From Gemmatimonadaceae bacterium (GTDB lineage: Bacteria > Gemmatimonadota > Gemmatimonadetes > Gemmatimonadales > Gemmatimonadaceae), in assembly GCA_051859245.1 (NCBI GenBank), contig JBHYGA010000004.1:800001-864000 (forward strand): a DNA stretch of 64,000 bases, in the 5' to 3' direction. Under the pieces are notes generated by a model. The model was not told where the DNA came from, did no database searches, and worked only from the letters and a program-made list of their open reading frames with translations. The translations under genes were made by a program, and so were the position numbers. This document shows, one piece after another, positions 1 to 9,314 of this stretch (positions are counted from its first letter, which is position 1; each line of letters begins with the position of its first letter).

Positions 1-285
1 TCCGCTACTCGACTGAGGACGCAGCATCTGCTCGAGCCGAGCCGCGGCTCGCCACGCGTCACGCCCCCCGTGTTTGCGCAGGCCATCGGCGACCCACGAG
101 ACGTCCTTGGCGCCGACGACCAGATCGGGCCGAGCCCACCAAAAGCACTGCAGATAGTGGACTCGATAGAGCTTACGCGCCTCCCGCACCGCGACCATCG
201 CGCGAGCGCTCTCGGAACTGAGCGCTCGCCGACTGCGGAGTTCGCCAAGGCGGCCCGCTTCAGCAGTGGTCATGCGTGTGGTCAT
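1..285 (-). CDS. small hypothetical protein, runs off the window edge (3' end missing); possible antitoxin-like partner of a nucleotidyltransferase
   Basis: Not in the ORF track. Manual translation from ATG 285 (or 273): MTTRMTTAEAGRLGELRSRRALSSESARAMVAVREARKLYRVHYLQCFWWARPDLVVGAKDVSWVADGLRKHGGRDAWRAAARLEQ..., with no stop before position 1. Confidence 0.6.
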   Translation of the reverse strand, partial: MTTRMTTAEAGRLGELRSRRALSSESARAMVAVREARKLYRVHYLQCFWWARPDLVVGAKDVSWVADGLRKHGGRDAWRAAARLEQMLRPQSSSG

Positions 286-344
286 ACTCGGTACGTAAGC
301 GCTTATGATCCGACAGACAATGCACCGAGCACCAAGACAATGGC

Positions 345-725
345 TTAGCGCGGCACCGCCTCCGTCTGATAGAACGAAAACGTGTACCCATCCGGATCGG
401 CAAAGTCCGCCGACCACCCGCCCGGCGCATGACTCACCGGCGTCACGATCGTGGTGCCCGCCGCCGCCAGATCGGCCATCACCGCATCAATGCCACCCGA
501 CTCGAGATTGAACACGAGAATCGGTGAGTTGCCCGTGCGCACGTCGCCGTTGAAAAACAGCAGGTCCACATTGCCCTCAATCGACGCAATCAGCCACGGA
601 CGGCCGCCGCCGTCGTCGGGCTGTTTCTGCAGCGAAAGACCAATCACATCGCGGTAAAACGCCTCCGTGCGATCCAGGTCGGAGACATAGAAGAACACGG
701 CGCCAATACGGGGGGACTTGAGCAT
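345..725 (-). CDS. VOC/glyoxalase family protein
   Basis: VSDLDRTEAFYRDVIGL and FADPDGY motifs; 126 aa. Confidence 0.9.
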   Translation of the reverse strand: MLKSPRIGAVFFYVSDLDRTEAFYRDVIGLSLQKQPDDGGGRPWLIASIEGNVDLLFFNGDVRTGNSPILVFNLESGGIDAVMADLAAAGTTIVTPVSHAPGGWSADFADPDGYTFSFYQTEAVPR

Positions 726-730
726 GGTGA

Positions 731-1414
731 CTACTCCGGGTGAGTGCGGTTTGACAAAGGACTCCGTGCCTGTGTGTTGCCGCCGATCGGTAAAACGTGA
801 GCATCCTTTCGCGAAAGCACGAGCAAGTGCCCATCGGGATCGTGCGCGCCGGCCGATTGTGAGGCCACCACCACGGGCAGTAGCGCGCGGCGGATCAGGC
901 CGAGTGGTAGGGCGCGGTCCGCGCTCGGCCCGTGCGCTCCAGGTGTTTCAAGCTGCCGCAACTTGCGTCGCAGCATGGCAATGCGTTGACGCATGGCGGC
1001 CTCGCTCACCTTCAAAAGCCAAGCGATCTCGCGACGGTCATGACCGCTCAACGCCAACAGCGCCACCTGTTGCAGCGAAGGCGGCAACTGTGCGATCTCG
1101 GGTATCTCGCGCCACGGGAGCGGCACACTTTCCAGCGCAGATGCCGGCTCGTGATGGTTCGTGTCTTCCGCCGTCCAGCGCGCTTCGCGCAATCGGCGAC
1201 GTACCGCACCGCGCGCTCGCATGGCGCCGAGGTTTCGAATCGTCCCCGTAATCCAGCGATAGTTTGCCGCCTGCGTGAGATCGGCGCGACCCGCACGCAC
1301 CGCCTCAAGCAACGCGTCCTGCAACAGGTCATCGGCTTCGTCGCTCACCCGACTATGTGCGCGTGCCACGGCGCGCAGCGCGTTGAGTGGTTCGAGAATC
1401 GGATCGGGTGGCAT
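731..1414 (-). CDS. ECF-type RNA polymerase sigma factor with C-terminal extension
   Basis: Region 2 (EADDLLQDALL), region 4 HTH (LPPSLQQVALLALSGHDRREIAWLLKVSEAAMRQRI), C-terminal HDPDGH motif. Confidence 0.8.
   Translation of the reverse strand: MPPDPILEPLNALRAVARAHSRVSDEADDLLQDALLEAVRAGRADLTQAANYRWITGTIRNLGAMRARGAVRRRLREARWTAEDTNHHEPASALESVPLPWREIPEIAQLPPSLQQVALLALSGHDRREIAWLLKVSEAAMRQRIAMLRRKLRQLETPGAHGPSADRALPLGLIRRALLPVVVASQSAGAHDPDGHLLVLSRKDAHVLPIGGNTQARSPLSNRTHPE
776..802 (-). promoter_or_regulatory. candidate ECF promoter (TCAC-N14-CGGCAAC) inside the 3' end of the sigma gene, upstream of the VOC gene
   Basis: Minus strand GCTCACGTTTTACCGATCGGCGGCAAC, about 50 nt before the VOC start; ECF-like bipartite spacing. 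Confidence 0.35.
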
Positions 1415-1548
1415 GCGTGAGACAATGTGCCAACGTCACGAGGCCGGCACTAGTGGACTACGCCCCACGATCGCTCGGCTCATCACGCCGAACAGACGGC
1501 ACGCCACCCGGCACTGGCGTTCGTCCCGAGGAAGCGCGAGCGTCAAGC

Positions 1549-2352
1549 ATGATTGAACGCGTATTGATTGCCGACGATGAGCCGCTCGCCCGGGAGCGGA
1601 TTGAGGCACTGGTTCGGGCCCATGCGCCGAGTGCGCAGATTCGTACGGCTGGCGACGGCACAACCGCCGTGCGCCTCATCAATGAATGGGCGCCGCACGC
1701 AGTGCTGCTCGACATTCAGATGCCCGGCAAAGACGGGTTTGAGGTGGTGGAAGCGGTGGGTGTCACACGCATGCCGCTCACGGTGTTCGCCACCGCGTAT
1801 GACGCACACGCCATGCGTGCCTTCAACGCGGCGGCGGTCGACTACCTGCTCAAGCCGTTCGACGAAGAGCGCTTTGCCGTGGCCTGGCAGCGCGTGGCAC
1901 GCCTGCACGCGGCGTCTGTGCTTGCCCACGAGGCGCAACATCTGGGTGCGCTGCTCAATGCTGTGCGCAGCTCCGATGCGCCAAACACTGTGGTTGAACC
2001 CTCGTCGCGTCCGAGCATCGCGGAACGATTCATGGTGCGCAAAGGCGAACGCACCATTGTGGTGCCGGTCAGCGAGATTCGCTATCTGCAATCCGACGGC
2101 AACTACGTGGAACTGCGCACCGCACAAGGAACACATGTGATGCGTGAAACCATGGCGCATGTGGAAGAGCGACTCGATCCCACCAAGTTCGTGCGTATAC
2201 ACCGGCGCGTGATCGTTGCCATCGAGTTCATCAAGGAACTGCAGCCGTGGTTTGGTGGGGATCAGATTCTCGTGCTGAAAGACGGGTCCAAGTTGCGCGT
2301 GAGTCGCACGCGACGCGAAGCGGTCGCCTCGCGACTCGCGGGACTCGGATGA
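1549..2352 (+). CDS. LytTR family response regulator
   Basis: Receiver (IADDEPLAR, LLDIQMP, DYLLKP) plus LytTR domain (FVRIHRR, LRVSR); start moved to ATG 1549. Confidence 0.95.
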   Translation: MIERVLIADDEPLARERIEALVRAHAPSAQIRTAGDGTTAVRLINEWAPHAVLLDIQMPGKDGFEVVEAVGVTRMPLTVFATAYDAHAMRAFNAAAVDYLLKPFDEERFAVAWQRVARLHAASVLAHEAQHLGALLNAVRSSDAPNTVVEPSSRPSIAERFMVRKGERTIVVPVSEIRYLQSDGNYVELRTAQGTHVMRETMAHVEERLDPTKFVRIHRRVIVAIEFIKELQPWFGGDQILVLKDGSKLRVSRTRREAVASRLAGLG

Positions 2353-3527
2353 ACTCGCCATCGCGCGCGCGAGGGCACATGCCCTGGCGCATGCGCGCAT
2401 TGATGATCGGGTTCTGGGTGATCCCGGCGTTGATTGCAACGTCGGGGTTCACCGTGGTGCCTTCCTTCTACAATCCTGATCTCAGCTTGCCCGCGATCTT
2501 TGTGGCGCAACTGATTATCTGGTTGTCGTGGGGTGGGTGGTCGTTGCTGATTGCTGCGCTCATTCACCGCGTCCCGTTCGAGCGGGAGCGTTGGTGGCGT
2601 GCGGTGCTGGCACATATTCCGCTCTGCGCGCTGGTGGTGAGTGCGCAGATCGTGATCATGTTCATTGTGCTTGATGTGACGGGCATCAGTGGGCGACGCT
2701 CAGTAGTTTCGGCTGCCCTCACCGACTGGGTTGGCATTGCCCCACCACTCCCGCCAGACGCCGCGCCCATCGGCCTCAACAGTGTCTTCGCACTCGGTGT
2801 GCGCGGCTACGGCGACTCGCTGCTCATGGTATACGTGGCAGTCGTTGGTACGCTCACCGCACTGCGCTGGTACGAGGAGTGGCGCACCGCGCAGGTGCAG
2901 GCCGCGCAAATGCGCGAAGATCTCACGCGCGCACAACTGCAGGCGCTACAGGCACAGCTTAATCCGCACTTTTTGTTTAACGCCCTCAATGCCGTGGTCA
3001 CGTTGATCAAACGCGACCCAGTCGCTGCGGAACGCACCACCATTCGACTGGCGGATCTGCTCCGTGCCACGCTCACCGTCGGTGATGAAACGGCCATCGC
3101 GCTGGGGCAGGAGCTCGAGCTCACGAGCCGCTATCTGGAAATTGAGCAAGTGCGATTTCCCGACCGCTTGCGCGTGGAATGGCAGATCCCGGACAATGTG
3201 CGCGAGTTGAGCGTGCCGCCCTTCACGCTGCAACCGCTCGTGGAGAACGCGGTGCGACACGCCGTGAGTCGCAATCCCGAGGGTGGAACGATCACCGTGA
3301 TGGCCTCGCGTACCGCAGATGCGCTGGTGCTCACGGTACGCGATCAAGGTGCCGGCGCCGACAACGCCTCTGCACGCAACAACGGAACGGGTTCTGCCCT
3401 GCGCAATCTGCGCTCACGTTTGCAGCGCGCCTTTGGTGAGCGGGCGTCGCTTGAGCTGCGCGAGCGTAGCGAAGGCGGAACGGACGTGGTGGTGCAACTA
3501 CCGATCACGCCGCAGCGCGGCGCCTGA
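2349..3527 (+). CDS. LytS/YehU-type membrane sensor histidine kinase
   Basis: LQAQLNPHFLFNALN, LQPLVENAVRH, N-terminal TM helices; ATGA overlap with the regulator. Confidence 0.95.
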   Translation: MNSPSRARGHMPWRMRALMIGFWVIPALIATSGFTVVPSFYNPDLSLPAIFVAQLIIWLSWGGWSLLIAALIHRVPFERERWWRAVLAHIPLCALVVSAQIVIMFIVLDVTGISGRRSVVSAALTDWVGIAPPLPPDAAPIGLNSVFALGVRGYGDSLLMVYVAVVGTLTALRWYEEWRTAQVQAAQMREDLTRAQLQALQAQLNPHFLFNALNAVVTLIKRDPVAAERTTIRLADLLRATLTVGDETAIALGQELELTSRYLEIEQVRFPDRLRVEWQIPDNVRELSVPPFTLQPLVENAVRHAVSRNPEGGTITVMASRTADALVLTVRDQGAGADNASARNNGTGSALRNLRSRLQRAFGERASLELRERSEGGTDVVVQLPITPQRGA

Positions 3528-4292
3528 CGACAGCGGCGCCACCGTCTGCGCCGCGGCCGCTTGCAGGGCTCGCACTGCCGACGCCGCAATCGCTGGTGCG
3601 CCGGGAATCGTATCCGGCAATGACTCCGGATTCACGCTTCGCACACTCGCGTAAATCACCAGTGAGGCGAGGTACGCGCCCTGCTTGCTTGCGTGCAGTC
3701 CATCGGACGCGTACAACGGCACGGCGTTGGTCGTAGTCAAATACACGTGCCATGCCGCACCCGCGGGTGCCAACACGCCGCTCACGGCCGCCGCCGCACC
3801 GGCGTACGACTGTCTCACGGCTGGAAAATCCTGCGGACGCGAAATGTGCGGCCACACCTGATACAACACCGGCTTGGCGTTGGCGCTGCGAATCAGTGGA
3901 GTGAACTGCTGCGTCCAGTACGACAGGTGCTGCTGACTGGCCGGCAGCGAAGAGGGCCCTTGCTGCATCACCACGTACTCCCACTTGGACCGCTCAAGTG
4001 CCTGACGCGCTGAGCCTTCATGCCAATGATCTTCGAGCGCGGCATCGGCGAATGCGATCGTGGTGGTGCGGAACGTGGTGTCACCATCCTGGCGTGCGAT
4101 CGCGACCAGCATGCCCGGCACATCTTCCACGTACGTGAACGAGTTGCCAATGAACAACACGCGCGTGAGCCCGTCGGGATACGTGGTAATGCCCGTTGGA
4201 CCACCGGTGGTAAGGCAAGCGCTGACTGCCACTGCGGCAAGGCACACGATCGCCACACGCACACCACTTTGGAAAGCGAAGAGATTTGTCAT
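3498..4292 (-). CDS. SGNH/GDSL hydrolase-like lipoprotein
   Basis: VLFIGNSFT (block I), DGLH (DxxH), lipobox-like AVSAC; start ATG 4292. Confidence 0.8.
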   Translation of the reverse strand: MTNLFAFQSGVRVAIVCLAAVAVSACLTTGGPTGITTYPDGLTRVLFIGNSFTYVEDVPGMLVAIARQDGDTTFRTTTIAFADAALEDHWHEGSARQALERSKWEYVVMQQGPSSLPASQQHLSYWTQQFTPLIRSANAKPVLYQVWPHISRPQDFPAVRQSYAGAAAAVSGVLAPAGAAWHVYLTTTNAVPLYASDGLHASKQGAYLASLVIYASVRSVNPESLPDTIPGAPAIAASAVRALQAAAAQTVAPLSSGAALRRDR

Positions 4293-4484
4293 GTCGCAAG
4301 CTGTCGCGACAAGCGCCACGCCACGTATCGAGGGGGCCACGCGGTAACATCGTGTGGGCCAACTGCTCACGTTGAGTGATCAGTCGCGCAACACGCACTT
4401 CTTCGCGCCATTCGCGCTTTTCGCGCCTTCCTGTGCCCTTCACCTGCACCTGCAGCCCAAGCTGGTGTGGAGCGTATCGCGGAC

Positions 4485-4678
4485 GTGCGCCTAATGCTGA
4501 GGGAACTGCGGCGGGAAGGACACGAAGGCACGAAGAACACAAAGAAGAGCAACTGCAAAGGATTTTGTTAGGAAACAACAACAGCACGGCGGTTGAAACC
4601 CCTCGAATGTTTTGCTGTTTTCGTGTCCTTCGTGCTTTCGTGCCCTTCCCGCCGCAGTTCCCTCAGCATTAGGCGCAC
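4485..4678. repeat. long inverted repeat, MITE/REP-like non-coding element
   Basis: 35-bp perfect terminal inverted repeat GTGCGCCTAATGCTGAGGGAACTGCGGCGGGAAGG, extending to ~58 bp with 4 mismatches; internal ~9-bp CACGAA(G/A) iterations; AT-richer spacer. Confidence 0.85.
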
Positions 4679-4702
4679 CCCGCTGAATGACAAAACTGCC
4701 AC

Positions 4703-5902
4703 TTACCCGCCGTGATACCGCCGCAACCAGTCCGTACTCCACTGCGCAAACGAACCATCAATCACCGCTCGCCGCGCCGCCGCCATCAGCTCGATAACAA
4801 ACGTCACGTTGTGAATCGCCAGCAGCCGCTGCCCCAGCGGTTCATTCGCCGAGAACATGTGACGCAGAAACGCGCGGTCGTACTGCGTGCACGCTTCGCA
4901 CGCGCAATCGGCCACCAGCGGCCGACGATCCGTTCGATACGCCGCCTGCAGAATTTGTGCTTTGCCATCAGGTGTAAACGCTGTACCGTCACGCCCCATG
5001 CGGTTGGGCGCCACGCAGTCGAACATATCAATTCCGCGCCGCACCGCTTCCACGAGATCGTCAGGAAATCCAACGCCCATCAAATAGCGCGGGCGATCCA
5101 CCGGCATGAGTGGTTCGCACACCTCGATCGTGCGGTGCATATCGGTTTTCGCTTCACCCACCGACAAGCCACCGATCGCCACACCAACCCAGTCGCCACT
5201 GGCGAGAATGCCGCGCACGGATGCCCGTCGCAACTCGTCGTGCACACCGCCTTGCACAATCGGAAACAGCGCCTGCGCCGGAGCAACACGCTCGTCATCA
5301 GGATGCGGTTCTTCACGCCCTTCAAGAGGCGGCAACACCAGGCCAGGCTCACGCCCCTCGCGCGTGATGCGATCAAACTCCACTCGGCAGCGGTCGAGCC
5401 AGCGCAAACTGCGCTCCATTGCCGAACGCGCCGCGGCTTCGTCACTGCCGCCGGCAATGAGTTCGTCGAGCTGCATGATCACATCAGCGCCAAGATTGCG
5501 CTCAATCTGCATCACACGCTCAGGCGTGTAATCGTACATCGTACCATCAAGGTGACTGCGAAACTCAACCCCTGATTCACGCACCTTGCGATACTTGGCC
5601 AGCGAAAACACCTGAAACCCGCCCGAATCGGTGAGCATCGGGCCCGTCCAGCGCGTAAACGCGTGCAGTCCGCCCAGTGCGCGCACCATCGGATCACCCG
5701 GGCGCAGGAACAGATGGTACGCATTGGAGAGCATCATGCGGCCGCCCGTAGCGGCCACATCGTGCACCGACAAGCTGCGCACCACGCCGTGCGTGCCCAC
5801 AGGCATGAAGGCCGGCGTTTGCAGGTCGCCATGCGGCGTGGTGAAGACGCCGGCGCGAGCGGAGCCGTGGGTTGCTTCGGTGCGAAATGCGAAGGGCGTC
5901 AT
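4703..5902 (-). CDS. tgt: tRNA-guanine transglycosylase
   Basis: TPAFMPVGT, LTDSGGFQVFSL, GIDMFDCV, Zn site CACEAC...H. Confidence 0.97.
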   Translation of the reverse strand: MTPFAFRTEATHGSARAGVFTTPHGDLQTPAFMPVGTHGVVRSLSVHDVAATGGRMMLSNAYHLFLRPGDPMVRALGGLHAFTRWTGPMLTDSGGFQVFSLAKYRKVRESGVEFRSHLDGTMYDYTPERVMQIERNLGADVIMQLDELIAGGSDEAAARSAMERSLRWLDRCRVEFDRITREGREPGLVLPPLEGREEPHPDDERVAPAQALFPIVQGGVHDELRRASVRGILASGDWVGVAIGGLSVGEAKTDMHRTIEVCEPLMPVDRPRYLMGVGFPDDLVEAVRRGIDMFDCVAPNRMGRDGTAFTPDGKAQILQAAYRTDRRPLVADCACEACTQYDRAFLRHMFSANEPLGQRLLAIHNVTFVIELMAAARRAVIDGSFAQWSTDWLRRYHGG

Positions 5903-5996
5903 TGCGCGCCCTCAGAGAGAAGTGGCATGCGGGAACGTAACCGGCGGTTTGACAGGCTGGGAGCGCCAGCGCTACGATTTGCGTTGAGGACATATC

Positions 5997-7823
5997 ATGT
6001 CTCTGTCTGTGCTGGTACTTAGAACGCAAAAGGCGATCCGGTTTCGCACGCGTCTCCTGTCGATTGCCCGGCTTGGCGCAACGATCGCGCTGACGTTGGC
6101 GAGCCCGCAATTGGCCAGCGCACAGGTGTTGCGCGGACGCGTCCAATCGGTGTTGCCAGAGGGCGGCGCACCCGCTGCTGTCCGTGGCGCGCTGGTTGAA
6201 CTGCTCGACAGCACGCGCTCGGTTGTGGCTCGCCAGATCAGCGCGCCCAATGGCGTCTTCCGGTTTTTGTTGCCAGCCACCGGTCGCTACCAGCTTGATG
6301 TGCGTCGTATTGGATATCGGCGCGCCACGCCCGCGCCACTCACGGTGCGCACTGACACAACCGTCACGGTCACGCTGGACGTTGTCGCGATTGCGCTGCC
6401 GGCCGTCACATCACGCGAAGTCAATCGCTGTAGCAACGACCGCGAGCGCGGATCCGCGACATCGGTGTTGTGGGAATCTGCAGTTACGTCCATGCTCAGC
6501 GCGGCGGCTACCATGTCAGACAGTTCGTATGTGTTTGACCTGATGCCGAGTGTGCGTACGTACACCGTGCCCGATGCGATCATGCTCGACATCTCGCTAC
6601 GCGATGAACGTGTTGCCGACGTACGACCGTGGACCAGTTTGCCCGCGGCGGATCTGGCAGAGTTTGGATACGTGCGACTGGTGGGACGCTCGCTGGAGTA
6701 TGTCGCGCCCGATGTCGAGGCGCTGACGTCGGCCGAGTTTCTGGCCACGCACTGTTTGCGTTTGCGTCAGGATCGATTGAGTGAAGACATCATTGGCGTG
6801 GAGTTTGCGCCAGGCGAGCGCGTCACGCGTGCCGACATTCGCGGCGTGCTCTGGATCGATCGCCTGTCGCAGGAACTGCGTGCGATCGAATACACGTACG
6901 CCGCGGTGCCGTTGGCGGTGGCCGATTCGCTAGCGGGCGGCGTGGTAGAGTTTGCACCGCTCGACGGTGGCGGCTGGATGCCAAGTCGATGGATGGTGCG
7001 GAGTCCGATACCGGAACGGTCATTCGTTGATGCGGTTGCCTATCGCGGCGAAGACTTGCGTCGCGCAGGATTGCCTGTGGCGGTGCGCAACGTTGATCCA
7101 CCGCTGCGTGCTACGCGCATGCAAATGACTGGCGCCGATGTGCAGCGAGTGCGACGTGTTGTTGGACGCGATTCAACAATTATCTGGACGCGCACCACGG
7201 CGACGCTTGAGGTCACGGCCGAGTTCACGCAGAACAACGTGACCATGCCGGCCATGCGAGCGAACGTTCGTCTCTCTGGCTCGGATCGCCGCGGTGAAGC
7301 CGATGTGCTGGGCCGAGTGACGTTCGCCGAGTTGCCAGATGGGGAATATCTCGTTGAAGCGGTGACACCAACGGAATCGGCGCTGCACCTGATGCCCGAT
7401 CGCACGCCGGTCACGGTGCGCGCCGGTGAGTTGCGTAAAATGCAGGTGCCCGTGCTCGCGCCGGCGGCCGCTGTGGAACGCGCGTGCGGGCCGGCAATGC
7501 GCGGCGGCGTGATCTCTGGTCGCGTGTCGCGCGATGGACGCGCTTCATCGAACGCCACCGTCAGTGCGTGGCGGCGCAACATCGCGGCCGGCGACGCCGC
7601 GGCCGGCGACGCCGCGGAGCTCGAATCACTCGGCACCATCACCGCGGATAGCACGGGGCGTTTCCTGCTGTGCGGTGTGCCGCGAGGCGTGGAGCTCACG
7701 ATTATTGCGCGTGGGACAGACAAGTCCATGACGATTGATGAGCTGACTCTGCCGCTGTGGCGCGACGCCATCGGCGAATACGTCCGTACAGTAGAGCTGC
7801 GCTTGCCCTCTGCGGCTCGGTAG
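5997..7823 (+). CDS. secreted multi-domain carboxypeptidase-regulatory-like (CarboxypepD_reg) protein
   Basis: Signal peptide (ASAQ); repeated beta-sandwich motifs (RRIGYR, ADSTGRFLLCGVP); central APDVEALTSAEFLATHC motif. Confidence 0.75.
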   Translation: MSLSVLVLRTQKAIRFRTRLLSIARLGATIALTLASPQLASAQVLRGRVQSVLPEGGAPAAVRGALVELLDSTRSVVARQISAPNGVFRFLLPATGRYQLDVRRIGYRRATPAPLTVRTDTTVTVTLDVVAIALPAVTSREVNRCSNDRERGSATSVLWESAVTSMLSAAATMSDSSYVFDLMPSVRTYTVPDAIMLDISLRDERVADVRPWTSLPAADLAEFGYVRLVGRSLEYVAPDVEALTSAEFLATHCLRLRQDRLSEDIIGVEFAPGERVTRADIRGVLWIDRLSQELRAIEYTYAAVPLAVADSLAGGVVEFAPLDGGGWMPSRWMVRSPIPERSFVDAVAYRGEDLRRAGLPVAVRNVDPPLRATRMQMTGADVQRVRRVVGRDSTIIWTRTTATLEVTAEFTQNNVTMPAMRANVRLSGSDRRGEADVLGRVTFAELPDGEYLVEAVTPTESALHLMPDRTPVTVRAGELRKMQVPVLAPAAAVERACGPAMRGGVISGRVSRDGRASSNATVSAWRRNIAAGDAAAGDAAELESLGTITADSTGRFLLCGVPRGVELTIIARGTDKSMTIDELTLPLWRDAIGEYVRTVELRLPSAAR

Positions 7824-7970
7824 GCGGCTGGCGCGATTGGTCACGGAACTCGTGATACAGGTCACGAGTATGAGCGTCTGGTCCCTGCGTATTCGGCGTG
7901 TGTATTCCCGATGTCAGAGTGACGCCCGCCTGTTCCTGCCGTTGCCTCCCGCCCGCTTTCGGAACCTCGC

Positions 7971-9314
7971 ATGTCTCAGCCTGCCACGCTGTGGAGATCG
8001 CTGTTCGCCGTTGCTGTGGCGCTGACTTCGGCTGCGAATCTCAACGCGCAACCGATGGCCATACCGGATACCGTGCGCGGCGTGGTCTTTGACAGTCTGG
8101 CGAATGAACCCCTGGCCGGCGCCTTCGTGGTCGCCAATGCGGCCGGTGCGTCTGTTGCCACCGATTCCCTTGGACAGTTTGTGCTCGTCAGCAGCGAGAC
8201 GGTCACGCAGCTGACCGCCTATCATCCGGCACTCGATGCCATGGGACTCGGCGCCATCTCCGCCCGACGGCCCGCGCGAACGGATCGCTGGCACTCGGCG
8301 TTGGTGGCCACGCCGTCGCTCAACACACTCTGGCCTAAAGTGTGTGGCTCAGGAAAGCCGGACCCGCAGCGCACCGGAATCATCACCGGCACGGCGCGCC
8401 TCGCGGACAACAGCACGCGCGTGTCCGGGGCAAGGGTGATGGTGCAGTGGGAATCGGTGTTCAGCGATGCGCGGAGTATTCGTGATCTCGATGTGATGAC
8501 CGATTCGGTTGGTGAATACGTGGTGTGCGGAGTGGAAGAGTTTGCGGAGCCGCGAATGGTGGCGCTATCTGATCAGGCACAGTCGGGTGCGATTGCGCTA
8601 CCGTCGCAGGTGCGTCCGCTGCGCCGAGTTGATCTGATCCTGTCGCCGACTGATGCGCCGCGGGTGGCGTTGCGTGGCCGCGTGCGCAACGAGCGGGGCG
8701 TGGGTGTGGAAGGAGTGCGCGTGACGCTCGACGGTGTTGAGGGCGAATGGGTGACATCGCGAGACGGCACGTTCAGTGTGATCGGTGCGCCGCTCGGCAC
8801 CCGCATGCTGTCATTGCGTGCGGTTGGCTATTCTCCCGTCTCGCAAGTGGTCGAAGTGTTGGGTGAATCAATGCCCGTGCTTGAGATTCCGCTGGAACGC
8901 ACGATTGAGCTGGAGGGTGTGCGCGTGACGGAACGAGTGGATCTCAGGCGAATACGCTCTGACTTTGAATCGCGCCGACGCGCCGGATGGGCGCGGTACG
9001 TTGATTCCTCGGCGATCGATAAAGCGCCCTTCGTTCGGGCCGCACTGAACATGGTGCAGGGCATCACGGTGCGACCCCTTCGTAACGCACCAACGACGGA
9101 GTTTGAAATTCTCGGGCGCTCCGGATGCCAGGCGCACATCTACATGGATGGGACCATCTCTGACATTGATGAAGTGAACCGCATTCCGAAGGAGCAGATT
9201 GCCGCAATTGAGATCTATGCGTCGGTCGCGTTCGCTCCCGCAACGCTGGTGCGCGTGAAGGCCGACAACTGCGCGGTTGCGGCCTTCTGGACCAAGTATG
9301 GACTACGCCCGTGA
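7971..9314 (+). CDS. secreted 3x CarboxypepD_reg + TonB-receptor plug-like protein, paralog 1 of 5
   Basis: Signal peptide; VRGVVFDSL..TDSLG; ATPSLxTxWxxVC; LEGVRVT; C-x4-5-DG...IAAIEIY...C; ends FWTKYGLRP. Confidence 0.8.
   Translation: MSQPATLWRSLFAVAVALTSAANLNAQPMAIPDTVRGVVFDSLANEPLAGAFVVANAAGASVATDSLGQFVLVSSETVTQLTAYHPALDAMGLGAISARRPARTDRWHSALVATPSLNTLWPKVCGSGKPDPQRTGIITGTARLADNSTRVSGARVMVQWESVFSDARSIRDLDVMTDSVGEYVVCGVEEFAEPRMVALSDQAQSGAIALPSQVRPLRRVDLILSPTDAPRVALRGRVRNERGVGVEGVRVTLDGVEGEWVTSRDGTFSVIGAPLGTRMLSLRAVGYSPVSQVVEVLGESMPVLEIPLERTIELEGVRVTERVDLRRIRSDFESRRRAGWARYVDSSAIDKAPFVRAALNMVQGITVRPLRNAPTTEFEILGRSGCQAHIYMDGTISDIDEVNRIPKEQIAAIEIYASVAFAPATLVRVKADNCAVAAFWTKYGLRP

Noticed and set aside
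4400..4678. CRISPR array
   Set aside because: The repeats are inverted or 9-bp iterations without unique spacers; no cas genes
4712..5575. Long antisense ORFs (e.g. 4712-5575, 13937-14968, 52027-52986, 53262-54026)
   Set aside because: Shadows of well-supported genes on the opposite strand, expected at high GC; no recognisable motifs
7584..7617. 15-bp tandem duplication (GCGGCCGGCGACGCC x2)
   Set aside because: In-frame duplication in a low-complexity loop; two copies do not indicate phase variation
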